Shown in pieces: positions 1 to 8,669 of a stretch of 64,000 bases of DNA. The notes beneath the pieces are model-generated. The model had not been told where the DNA came from. It worked only from the letters and a program-made list of their open reading frames with translations, and searched no databases. The DNA is taken from the sequence record NC_027364.1. One strand, given 5' to 3'. Positions within the stretch are counted from its first letter, which is position 1; each line of letters opens with the position of its first letter. Made by a program: the position numbers and the translations under genes.

Positions 1-580
<580 letters not shown>

Positions 581-589
581 TCATTGATA

Positions 590-618
590 ATTATAGCACA
601 TCTTGAATCACTTTCCCA
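590..618 (-). promoter_or_regulatory. Non-canonical (middle-type) promoter upstream of rnh
   Basis: Minus strand TGGGAAA-N16-TATAAT with TG extended -10; same geometry as five other sites. Confidence 0.55.
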
Positions 619-623
619 GATTT

Positions 624-695
624 GATAAATAATATCATAGAAATTCATTAAATATCTCAGTAAATTTAAATGCTAGTGATATTTTTTGATAAATA
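624..695 (+). promoter_or_regulatory. Two T4-type late promoters (GATAAATA at 624-631 and 688-695)
   Basis: Match to T4 gp55 consensus TATAAATA, upstream of virion gene at 742. Confidence 0.6.
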
Positions 696-741
696 ACTTT
701 AAGCAGGATATACCTGCACAAAATTTGACAAGGAGATTTTC

Positions 742-1341
742 ATGAGTCTTAATTCTTTTAACCGTAACTATGGTATGTCTAGCGTTGCTCGCGAATGGTG
801 GGGTGGTAATAACGGTTTCGTTACCATCGTAATCGATCTACCAACTGATGTTGAACTAGGTACTACCAAAGTTACTTCTGACGGTTCTGATGTTCAAGCT
901 GAAGCGTATCAAACTGCTCTAAGTAATGCTCAATATAACCTATTCATGGTTACCCAACTACTACAACAACGTGCAGTTCTAGTGACTACCTCTCTACTAG
1001 CTCTTGATTCAGAAGTTGTTATTCCTGCTGATTTCAAAAATGCTAATCCAAACGTAGTTGCGTTCGGCACTAGTGGTGCTGATGTAGCAGGTGGTGCTAA
1101 TTCTGTTGCATTGACTTTCATCTGTGAACGTCAAGACGTATTTAACAAGCAAGAAGTTCGTCCTGGTTCAGCATGTCCTGCTCCAGTTGATCCAACTGTT
1201 GACCTAGCTAAGTCTATCGCTCAAGCTAAAGTTTTCCGTACCAAAACTTTCGTAAGTCAAGGTACTGATGGTGTTGGTGATGCAGGTGCATCTACTGCTG
1301 TAGCAATTAAAGTACGTGCTGCTCTTCCTGTTCAACTATAA
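742..1341 (+). CDS. Probable abundant virion protein (paralogue of 1356-2045)
   Basis: 199 aa, SD AAGGAG, late promoters, capsid-like codon bias; shares QQRAV and TFxxERxxVFNK with next ORF. Confidence 0.6.
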   Translation: MSLNSFNRNYGMSSVAREWWGGNNGFVTIVIDLPTDVELGTTKVTSDGSDVQAEAYQTALSNAQYNLFMVTQLLQQRAVLVTTSLLALDSEVVIPADFKNANPNVVAFGTSGADVAGGANSVALTFICERQDVFNKQEVRPGSACPAPVDPTVDLAKSIAQAKVFRTKTFVSQGTDGVGDAGASTAVAIKVRAALPVQL

Positions 1342-1355
1342 TAGGAGGATAGATT

Positions 1356-2045
1356 ATGTCATATACTAATACTTCTTTTGAACGTATCAATGGTTATTCC
1401 TTTGAACGTATTCTAGGTTACTTTTGTGGCACTAACGCCCTAGCATCCATTGCTATCAGTAAGCTAGGAAACGTAAACGTTCTAGTTACTGGTGCAGTTT
1501 CTTCTTATGCTGGTCTACAACGTTTTCTAAACACTGATATTCCAGAAGAAATTCTAGCATATCTAAATGATAAAGGTATCAAACGTATTGATGGAACTGC
1601 ATTTGTTCTTGGCACACTAGAAGCTGATTACAATGCATCTTATGCAGCACAAACTAACGTTAAACGTATTGTCGATGTTGTTCAACAACGTGCGGTTATC
1701 ATCGCTACCTCTAACATCGCAGGTAATGGTCTTGAAGTATTTCCAGTTACTGGTTTCACCAACGCACCTGATGGTGTATTGAGTGCAGGTTCAGTTAGTA
1801 TTGCTGATGCTTCTGTTGTTACCTTCCTAGTTGAACGTGCTGGTGTCTTTAACAAAGATCTTAAATCACCACAAGGTGTACCAAGTACTGAATCCGAAGA
1901 AGGCCGTCTACTAATTGATGATCTAACTGGTGTTCCACTACTTGCTAAAGATGGTGTTACCGAAGTTTACCTACGTTCCCAATCTGCTGATGCAGCAGGT
2001 GATTTCGGTGTTAAACTTTTCCAATACATCCCAGCATTGGTTTAA
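1356..2045 (+). CDS. Probable virion protein (paralogue of 742-1341)
   Basis: 229 aa, SD AGGAGG, shared motifs with upstream ORF. Confidence 0.6.
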   Translation: MSYTNTSFERINGYSFERILGYFCGTNALASIAISKLGNVNVLVTGAVSSYAGLQRFLNTDIPEEILAYLNDKGIKRIDGTAFVLGTLEADYNASYAAQTNVKRIVDVVQQRAVIIATSNIAGNGLEVFPVTGFTNAPDGVLSAGSVSIADASVVTFLVERAGVFNKDLKSPQGVPSTESEEGRLLIDDLTGVPLLAKDGVTEVYLRSQSADAAGDFGVKLFQYIPALV

Positions 2046-2058
2046 TATTTTTCAAAAG

Positions 2059-2087
2059 AAAAGGAGAGCAAATGCTCTCCTTTTTTT
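2059..2087. terminator. Bidirectional intrinsic terminator
   Basis: GGAGAGC-AAAT-GCTCTCC with A-rich left flank and T7 right flank, between convergent genes. Confidence 0.85.
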
Positions 2088-2092
2088 ATATG

Positions 2093-2818
2093 TTATCTAT
2101 ATGAACGAAATCCTTCAGGCAAACCAGGTAGCTTGTCTAATCCTTCGTTCGCACTCACCAGCTTTGTGTCGTAATCATCACTGAAATCATCCGTAGCAAG
2201 TTTACGCCCCAAGTCTCTCACAAAGTTATCGATAATTTCTTCTTCATCATTTCCTGGATGACCTTCAGCTTTCAACTTTTTCCAGAAATATTCATTATAG
2301 TCAAATACAAACTCAACTTCATTAGTTTCAGGATCAAGAACAACATCCAAATCAATCCAAGGTTCTTTACGAAGTGTGTATATTTCCTTAGAATATTCAC
2401 TTTGTGTGATTTCATCGTAACGATATGCAAATTCAATAGCCTTAAGCCTTTTTTCATCACCTTCTGGCATTAACTCAATGATTTCCATATCATATTCTTT
2501 TTCTGTAATAACTCCAATACTTAGTTTTGCATCAAGAACTTTAACATCATACTGTTCACGAGTAATTTTAGAATATTTTAGTTCAACATCAAGTACAGCA
2601 ATTAGATATTCCAAATCTCCAATTACGCTATATTTCTTTTTAATATCCAATTGGGCCAATTCAACTTCATATGGAGTTAGATATGTCAATTCAGCAACTT
2701 TCATATCAGCTTCATAATCATCATTGTAGTAGTATGCTTTAGCTATCTCTTTTGCCTTTCCAGAAAGTCCCCAGTGAGCAGGGACCATCCAAAATGGAAT
2801 AAATTTCTTTTTAGCCAT
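2093..2818 (-). CDS. Hypothetical protein with four short helical (SHOCT-like) repeats
   Basis: ORF track 2093-2830; start MAKKK at 2818 overlaps groES stop; repeats such as LKYSKITREQY / LSIGVITEKEY / YRYDEITQSEY. Confidence 0.65.
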   Translation of the reverse strand: MAKKKFIPFWMVPAHWGLSGKAKEIAKAYYYNDDYEADMKVAELTYLTPYEVELAQLDIKKKYSVIGDLEYLIAVLDVELKYSKITREQYDVKVLDAKLSIGVITEKEYDMEIIELMPEGDEKRLKAIEFAYRYDEITQSEYSKEIYTLRKEPWIDLDVVLDPETNEVEFVFDYNEYFWKKLKAEGHPGNDEEEIIDNFVRDLGRKLATDDFSDDYDTKLVSANEGLDKLPGLPEGFRSYR

Positions 2819-3110
2819 TTTTCTTACCAAAAATCTCTTCGATTTTCATTACATAATATGTATCTTCGCCGCCACCAAGATCTTCAGTCAGTGGTGTGTT
2901 CAAAGATGAACGACCAAACACAACCATATCACCTTCTTTAATATTATGTTCTGCAAGTTGTCCGTTCGGAAGAATTTTACCTGGACCAACGGAAATTACC
3001 ATCCCAATACATGGTGGTTCAACATTACCTAGAATAATACCACCAGTACTTTTATTCTGTGCTTCAATTTGTCGAACAAGAACGTAATCATTAATCATTT
3101 TAATTTTCAT
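2811..3110 (-). CDS. groES: GroES/Cpn10 co-chaperonin
   Basis: MKIKMINDYVLVR...STGGIIL...GMVISVGPGK...IKEGDMVVF; GGAGG SD supports start 3110. Confidence 0.9.
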   Translation of the reverse strand: MKIKMINDYVLVRQIEAQNKSTGGIILGNVEPPCIGMVISVGPGKILPNGQLAEHNIKEGDMVVFGRSSLNTPLTEDLGGGEDTYYVMKIEEIFGKKNG

Positions 3111-3111
3111 A

Positions 3112-3318
3112 TCAGTAACCTCCAGTATTTGCAAACCATTTTCCACGGAAATAAAGATTAGCACCCTTATCACCTGGAGTGAACACTTCCAACTTCATAG
3201 TTTTTTCACCATTACATTTAGGACAATCATGAGGTTCATCACGATTTGCAATTTTAACAATTTTTTCCATGCTATGTTTGCATTCTTCTTTTTCACAACG
3301 ATATGTATATAATGGCAT
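3112..3318 (-). CDS. FmdB-family zinc-ribbon protein
   Basis: MPLYTYRCEKEECKH...CPKCNG, typical FmdB-like N-terminus with two Cys pairs. Confidence 0.8.
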   Translation of the reverse strand: MPLYTYRCEKEECKHSMEKIVKIANRDEPHDCPKCNGEKTMKLEVFTPGDKGANLYFRGKWFANTGGY

Positions 3319-3353
3319 TTTGTATTCCTTTACTTTTTAAATCAAACTAATTT

Positions 3354-3382
3354 GGGGAACATAGTGTTCCCCGTTATTTATA
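3354..3382 (-). promoter_or_regulatory. Late promoter TATAAATA (3375-3382) abutting hairpin GGGGAAC/GTTCCCC
   Basis: Perfect T4 late consensus right after the clamp stop codon; 7-bp stem at 3354-3372. Confidence 0.65.
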
Positions 3383-4114
3383 TTAGCAGCCAGTTACGTA
3401 AAATTTGTATACTGCAATTCCAGTATCTAGTGTTACATTTAGCATACCAGTTTTAGTAATACCAAGTGATACTGATTCGGCATTAGATACGCGAGATAAT
3501 GCTTGAAGTACGCGATCAATATTATAACCAAAACCAAGACCTAATTCACCTTCAGTTTTAGAAAAAGCTAGAGAACCAACGTGGTTACTTTTGTTTTTCT
3601 CACCAACGTGAAAGTATAGGGTGTCGCCTTCAGTATACGGAGTTACAAGAGAACTAAAAGATTTAAATACACCAGAAAAACTCTTTAGTTCCTGAACTTT
3701 TGCTGCACTAGGAATAACCTGTACGTCATATGGTTGTTCATGAAAACGTGGTTGAACTGGAATAAGTTTTTCAGCTTGTACCATAAATGTAGTGCTTGCA
3801 TCTTCAGATTTAAATGCCAGACTTTTAACTGAACCATCTTTAACATTTGATGTGATTGTGGTTCCTTCGGTACTGTATGTTTTTAGAGACATTAGACCCT
3901 GAAGAAGACCTAGATTACCTAAGCCAAAACGACCCTGAACTTCAGGAACATCTTCTTTAGTATATGCTCGCATTACAAGAGTTCGGTCATCTGTGTACGC
4001 TTCTAGATATACACGTTGTCCTTCACCACGGTCTTCACTGCTTACTGCAATACAAGAGAAGTCAATACCACTGGTTGTGTTTACGAGGTCACGTAGTACG
4101 TTGCGTAGATCCAT
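3383..4114 (-). CDS. gp45: Sliding clamp (gp45-like DNA polymerase processivity factor)
   Basis: 243 aa; size and pattern (LRDLVNTTS..., FGLGNLGLL, ITKTGMLNVTLDTGIAVYKFYV) recalled from jumbo-phage gp45 homologues; near polymerase. Confidence 0.65.
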   Translation of the reverse strand: MDLRNVLRDLVNTTSGIDFSCIAVSSEDRGEGQRVYLEAYTDDRTLVMRAYTKEDVPEVQGRFGLGNLGLLQGLMSLKTYSTEGTTITSNVKDGSVKSLAFKSEDASTTFMVQAEKLIPVQPRFHEQPYDVQVIPSAAKVQELKSFSGVFKSFSSLVTPYTEGDTLYFHVGEKNKSNHVGSLAFSKTEGELGLGFGYNIDRVLQALSRVSNAESVSLGITKTGMLNVTLDTGIAVYKFYVTGC

Positions 4115-4178
4115 TATATAATTCTCCGTTTTATTTGTTAATCAAAAAATGTTTTTATGTAAGATTACTACAAGCACC

Positions 4179-4207
4179 ATTATATCTCAAAAATGATGCT
4201 TGTCTCA
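4179..4207 (-). promoter_or_regulatory. Middle-type promoter upstream of sliding clamp
   Basis: TGAGACA-N16-TATAAT on minus strand. Confidence 0.65.
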
Positions 4208-4215
4208 ATTTTTTA

Positions 4216-4515
4216 TCAGTATTTTGTATTCCAACGTTGAAGATAAGGCTTATCAATTGTAGAACTCATGCCAATTTTATCGCGTAATTTTTTCAAGTCT
4301 TTTAATGTATGTACATCATCGACAAAAACAACTTTACGCTTTTTCACAAGAGTGTAAACATCAGCAATCTCTCCGTCAACTTCCACTGAACCAGTGCGAG
4401 TAAAACCCGCACCAATTAGAACTACTTCTTCATCATTATCATATGCTAGTACAGAATTAATGATACCATTACCTTCTAATACTTCACCAATACGCTTATA
4501 TATATTACTCATCAT
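4216..4515 (-). CDS. Hypothetical protein
   Basis: 99-aa ORF in operon between polymerase and clamp. Confidence 0.6.
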   Translation of the reverse strand: MMSNIYKRIGEVLEGNGIINSVLAYDNDEEVVLIGAGFTRTGSVEVDGEIADVYTLVKKRKVVFVDDVHTLKDLKKLRDKIGMSSTIDKPYLQRWNTKY

Positions 4516-4654
4516 TTTTACCTTGTAATGAAGTCCATTCTACATATTTTTCCCATGCCTCATTTACACTTTCTTCAGTAAGATTCAACATCTCATTAGT
4601 GAAAGTATCGTTTACTTCGTCATAGTTTAGTTCAATTTCATTTACAATAACCAT
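4505..4654 (-). CDS. Small acidic hypothetical protein (49 aa)
   Basis: Below ORF-track cutoff. MVIVNEIELNYDEVNDTFTNEMLNLTEESVNEAWEKYVEWTSLQGKNDE; SD AAGGAG overlapping polymerase stop; overlaps next start. Confidence 0.7.
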   Translation of the reverse strand: MVIVNEIELNYDEVNDTFTNEMLNLTEESVNEAWEKYVEWTSLQGKNDE

Positions 4655-4665
4655 ATTATTACTCC

Positions 4666-7600
4666 TTACCAAGTGAAGAATCCATTGTTTACTGACGCAG
4701 TACTTTTTTCATGAATACCAATATCCATATCCAAAATACCAAAAATATTCTCTAATTTTTTAGTTAGAACAATCTCTTCCATTTTTTCAGTATCAAATGG
4801 TAGTTCCAAGAACCATTCTGGAAGATACTCAACACAGTCAATTGGATAACCAACAGCTTTAATTCCCATAGGATTATCTTTTAAGTTACAGACAATTACT
4901 TTTGTTCCATCCGTTACTTCTGGTACAGATTTATCATCATAAACTTCACGTAGACGGTTCCATTGGATACCAGCAAGAACGTGACCAACTTTACACTTAC
5001 CAGTTAGCTGATATTCAGCCTCTAAATTAGTGTAGTTTTTTACAGTTTTTGGTGAACCTTTTTCATGTACAGGCATATCCTTAAATACGTCCTTAAACTC
5101 ACGTACACGCTGTTTTAGCTGTTGTTCACTCTCACCTACAAGTAATGCGATTAGAGTCTCTTCTAGGAAGTTCTGGATGTATTTTGGCGTGTCTGAGCGT
5201 TTAATTTCAAGACCCATCGCTTTGATTTCACCTGGTTTACCATCAATATCTTTACGGAACCCATCTTCCCAGTACTTCAGAATTGCATAACGTTTTTTCT
5301 TCAAGAATAGGCCACGCGAACCAACCATCTCAAGGTCTGCACCAACAATCTTACCTTTTTCAATACCAGTGTTGAACATCTCATGCATAAATGATGGGAA
5401 AGATTCACCAACTTCTTCACCAATTTTAATATACATATCAACAATCTCTTCTTTAGATAGATTATATGGAATACCTTGTTCTTTCAGATAATGAGTTACA
5501 CTAAAGTAAACTGAGTCAGTATCACCATAAATTACTGAACCACCTTGGTGGTTATATACACCAGTAGTAATTTCATTGATACGACTTGCCATATGTTTGG
5601 TCATAGAACGTCCAGTTAATGTTACGGATTGACCTAAACGTTTGTCAAAAAAACGAGAACCTTTGTTCAATAGTGCACCATATAGACTGTTTAGAAGAAT
5701 CTTACGAATCTGTTGGTTCTGTTTCCAGAAAGCACTACGTTGTTTGAAGTAATCTTTTTCTTCTTTAGGACAGAAAATACGACCATCTTTTAGTACTAAT
5801 CCGTTTTCTACAATCAACTTAGCAACTTCATCCCACTGTCCTTTACCAATTTCTTTACGAAGTAAGTATACAGGATCATTATCATGAATATTAGTTCTAA
5901 ACATTGTACCAGGGGTATAGTTTGATAGTAGTGGTTCAACTTTTTCATAGCCATTAAACTCCCAACCATCAGTATACATATGTTTGTAGTCAATGACCAT
6001 TTTTTGCTGTGCTTTACGTTCAGAATACCATTGAGTTAGAATGTCAGGAATTACACCAGACTTAGACTTATCAAAAAGTGTTCCGTTTGCACTAAGTACA
6101 ATAGTACTATCTTCTGCAAAAATAATATCATATAGCTCTTTGCCCGTTGCTTTAAAAGAACTCCCATCTTCTAAATCAACAATCAATGTTTCTTCTGACT
6201 TTTCATGAACCATTGTAAATTCAACAGCAGCAAATAAACCATGCCATGCCGCAGTCCAATCTGGTTCAAATGATTTAGATTTAGATTTGTTCTTCTGTTC
6301 TTGGATTTTAGCTGCAAGATACGCATCGGTGTAATCTTGACGTAATTGACCAAGAATACATTCAGTACTCATACCCAAAGTACGTAGAACAGTAGGGTAA
6401 AGAGAGTTAAAGTCAGTACACCCAAGGTCACTTACAAGTCCTAGTACTGGATCTTGTACCCATGCACCTGCTGCTTTTGCACTAATTTTCTCATCTTCTT
6501 CTTCACCATCTTCACCATAATATTCCATTTCTGGATCAAACTCAAGATCATCTTTCGGTGCTTTGTTGAAAACAACTTCACCACGAGTATGTGCTAAGTT
6601 GATAATAGCAGTGTCGATTAGTGCTACTGAACCCATTGTTGTACTGATAAGTACACATTCTTTGTGTGCAAGTCGATTGTGTAGGTTGATATAGTCACAT
6701 TTAGCATCAATCTTTTTAAGAAGAATACTATCCTGTTTAGAATAACGCAAGAAAGTAATGTAATCCTCTCTGTAAAGTTTATCCAATGAACCTTCATAGG
6801 ATACTTTATTTTCTTTAGTTACTTTTTCAGCAATATAATCTAGTTTATAAGATTGTTCAACTTGACCAGCATGTTTCTTATACAAAGCCAAATAATCAAG
6901 ATGGACGCGACCTACCAGATCATATGTTTGAACAGTTTTACCAAAGTTGTCTGCTTCACGTGAATTTGGTTTTTTATTCCATAAACACCAACGAGCAGTT
7001 GTTGCTTCATTGAAGATTTTTTTAGTTCGATTGATCATATATGGAATATCAAAGAATTCACTATTCCATCCTGAAATAACATCAGAATCATCAATTAAAC
7101 TAAAGAATTCCATAAACATTTCCTTTTCGTCTGTATATAAAATTACAGTACTGTTAGGATCGTTTGTTTCTTCATTTAGTTGGCGAACAATATCTTGTGC
7201 TTCATAAATTTCCATATCAGCAGGTGGTAAAGTAAGTACATAATCCTTTCCAGTCCATGATTGATATAGAGAAATAGCGGTTACTCGGTTAAACGGGTCT
7301 GATGGTGGAGCATAACCAAATTTCTTATGGAAATCAGTCTCGATATCGAAGAACACGATGTTCAAATCGGGTGAACCTTTTCCCATATATTCTTTAGCTA
7401 ATGTTTTAAATGTAATGTTACAGTCACTTTCAAAAATACGTAGACCTTCACTTTTGTGTTGCTCTACACTTTTATTCATTTGAGCTTGAGTTTGAAACTC
7501 AAAATGTTTAGCCATTGTACCATAAACAGTTTTATGTGTTCCTTGTGGGGATTCAACATAATATTCATATACTGGATCTAATTCGCGTAGAATACGTTTA

Positions 7601-7671
7601 CCATTCTTACGTTCAACTACATGAAGAATATCACCAGTACGTTTACGTTCCATATAAGCATCGATATACAT
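4666..7671 (-). CDS. gp43: Family B DNA polymerase
   Basis: Exo DIET, WNSEFFDIPY, YSKQD; pol motifs DFNSLYP, KILLNSLYG, YGDTDS, KKRYA. Confidence 0.97.
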   Translation of the reverse strand: MYIDAYMERKRTGDILHVVERKNGKRILRELDPVYEYYVESPQGTHKTVYGTMAKHFEFQTQAQMNKSVEQHKSEGLRIFESDCNITFKTLAKEYMGKGSPDLNIVFFDIETDFHKKFGYAPPSDPFNRVTAISLYQSWTGKDYVLTLPPADMEIYEAQDIVRQLNEETNDPNSTVILYTDEKEMFMEFFSLIDDSDVISGWNSEFFDIPYMINRTKKIFNEATTARWCLWNKKPNSREADNFGKTVQTYDLVGRVHLDYLALYKKHAGQVEQSYKLDYIAEKVTKENKVSYEGSLDKLYREDYITFLRYSKQDSILLKKIDAKCDYINLHNRLAHKECVLISTTMGSVALIDTAIINLAHTRGEVVFNKAPKDDLEFDPEMEYYGEDGEEEDEKISAKAAGAWVQDPVLGLVSDLGCTDFNSLYPTVLRTLGMSTECILGQLRQDYTDAYLAAKIQEQKNKSKSKSFEPDWTAAWHGLFAAVEFTMVHEKSEETLIVDLEDGSSFKATGKELYDIIFAEDSTIVLSANGTLFDKSKSGVIPDILTQWYSERKAQQKMVIDYKHMYTDGWEFNGYEKVEPLLSNYTPGTMFRTNIHDNDPVYLLRKEIGKGQWDEVAKLIVENGLVLKDGRIFCPKEEKDYFKQRSAFWKQNQQIRKILLNSLYGALLNKGSRFFDKRLGQSVTLTGRSMTKHMASRINEITTGVYNHQGGSVIYGDTDSVYFSVTHYLKEQGIPYNLSKEEIVDMYIKIGEEVGESFPSFMHEMFNTGIEKGKIVGADLEMVGSRGLFLKKKRYAILKYWEDGFRKDIDGKPGEIKAMGLEIKRSDTPKYIQNFLEETLIALLVGESEQQLKQRVREFKDVFKDMPVHEKGSPKTVKNYTNLEAEYQLTGKCKVGHVLAGIQWNRLREVYDDKSVPEVTDGTKVIVCNLKDNPMGIKAVGYPIDCVEYLPEWFLELPFDTEKMEEIVLTKKLENIFGILDMDIGIHEKSTASVNNGFFTW

Positions 7672-7699
7672 CGTTTGTATTCCCTTACGTTTATTAAGT

Positions 7700-7728
7700 T
7701 AAAAAGAAAGCCTCCGTCATTGGAGGCT
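7700..7728 (-). terminator. Intrinsic terminator after dsbA-like gene
   Basis: AGCCTCC-N6-GGAGGCT followed on minus strand by TTCTTTTT. Confidence 0.75.
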
Positions 7729-7750
7729 ATTTAATATATTTTAGTACTAA

Positions 7751-8053
7751 TTAGTAATCATCTGCTTGTGGAAGATTATTAGTAACACTAAGAATAGTTT
7801 CGATATTATCGAGTTTATTTTGTTTGTCAAAGTAATCACCTTTGTACATACGTTGTGCAGCTTGTTTGATATCAGATGCATCGATACCAAGTTCATCAGA
7901 AACACTAGAAACAAAATCAGATAAGGATGCTTTGGTATCATCAATGAAAGTTAGTTGTACAACAATGTTGTTAAGTGCGTCACCGAGACGTTTACGTTGT
8001 TCATCGTTTAGATCACGAATTTCAACTTTAACTTCTTTTTTAGATTTAGCCAT
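7751..8053 (-). CDS. dsbA: Double-stranded DNA-binding protein (T4 DsbA / DUF2312-like)
   Basis: MAKSKKEVKVE...SDELGIDASDIKQAAQRMYKGDY resembles T4 DsbA (KDELGVDGKMFNRLLALYHKD); GGAGA SD supports start 8053. Confidence 0.6.
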   Translation of the reverse strand: MAKSKKEVKVEIRDLNDEQRKRLGDALNNIVVQLTFIDDTKASLSDFVSSVSDELGIDASDIKQAAQRMYKGDYFDKQNKLDNIETILSVTNNLPQADDY

Positions 8054-8078
8054 TTTGTATTTCTCCATGTGTGTTTTC

Positions 8079-8114
8079 AAAAAAATGTCACCTCACCACA
8101 ATCGGTGAGATGAC
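8079..8114 (-). terminator. Intrinsic terminator after tail-fibre chaperone gene
   Basis: GTCATCTCACC-N6-GGTGAGGTGAC then T7 on minus strand. Confidence 0.75.
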
Positions 8115-8117
8115 TTA

Positions 8118-8146
8118 ATTGTATCACGTCTTTACGTGTTGTCTCA
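8118..8146 (-). promoter_or_regulatory. Middle-type promoter upstream of dsbA-like gene
   Basis: TGAGACA-N16-TACAAT with TG extended -10. Confidence 0.65.
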
Positions 8147-8659
8147 TTTTTTTTCCGGTTTAACTGGAAATGAAAATGTTTTCTTGATCATGTCTGCTGG
8201 TTTGATTGAATTCAATTGCGTTACATAATCTTTCAATTTTACAAACAATACAGCTTCTTCATCAGTTGCTAACTCAAGATCCATAGCAGTTTTTAAGTGT
8301 CCAAGTTCTTGAATTGCAATGTATTTCAAATTAGATAATTCATTTTTTAGGCGTTCAATTTTTTCTTCTTTAGTTTCAATATAGTCATGAATAGTATTTC
8401 CATCGTAAACCATACCATAAAGTTTGTTAATATCACCATCATATTCAATTTCAGAAACACTAAAACCTAAAGGTACTAGATCATAAATGTTATATGATGC
8501 TGAAACAATTAAACCGTTAATATCATACATAAATTTTGCTTTATTAATGTCAAACAATTCACGAGATTCATACCAATCCATACCTTCATCGGACATCATA
8601 TACAAAGAATTAGGATTACCACCTTCTTTATCATACATCTTAAAATTTGTTAGTTGCAT
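8144..8659 (-). CDS. Tail fibre assembly chaperone (Tfa-like)
   Basis: MQLTNFKMY...GMDWYESR...KFMYDINGLIVS...AMDLELATDEEA...FPVKP; directly downstream of fibre; SD AAGGA supports start 8659. Confidence 0.8.
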   Translation of the reverse strand: MQLTNFKMYDKEGGNPNSLYMMSDEGMDWYESRELFDINKAKFMYDINGLIVSASYNIYDLVPLGFSVSEIEYDGDINKLYGMVYDGNTIHDYIETKEEKIERLKNELSNLKYIAIQELGHLKTAMDLELATDEEAVLFVKLKDYVTQLNSIKPADMIKKTFSFPVKPEKK

Positions 8660-8669
8660 TACACATTCC

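Noticed and set aside
4666-7671. Intein or intron in the DNA polymerase
   Set aside because: The extra segments lack Cys/Ser starts, HN ends and LAGLIDADG motifs; the ORF is continuous.
7700-7728. Hairpin upstream of the polymerase as a T4 gp43-type autoregulatory operator
   Set aside because: It has a clear U-tract and does not abut the SD; an ordinary terminator explains it.
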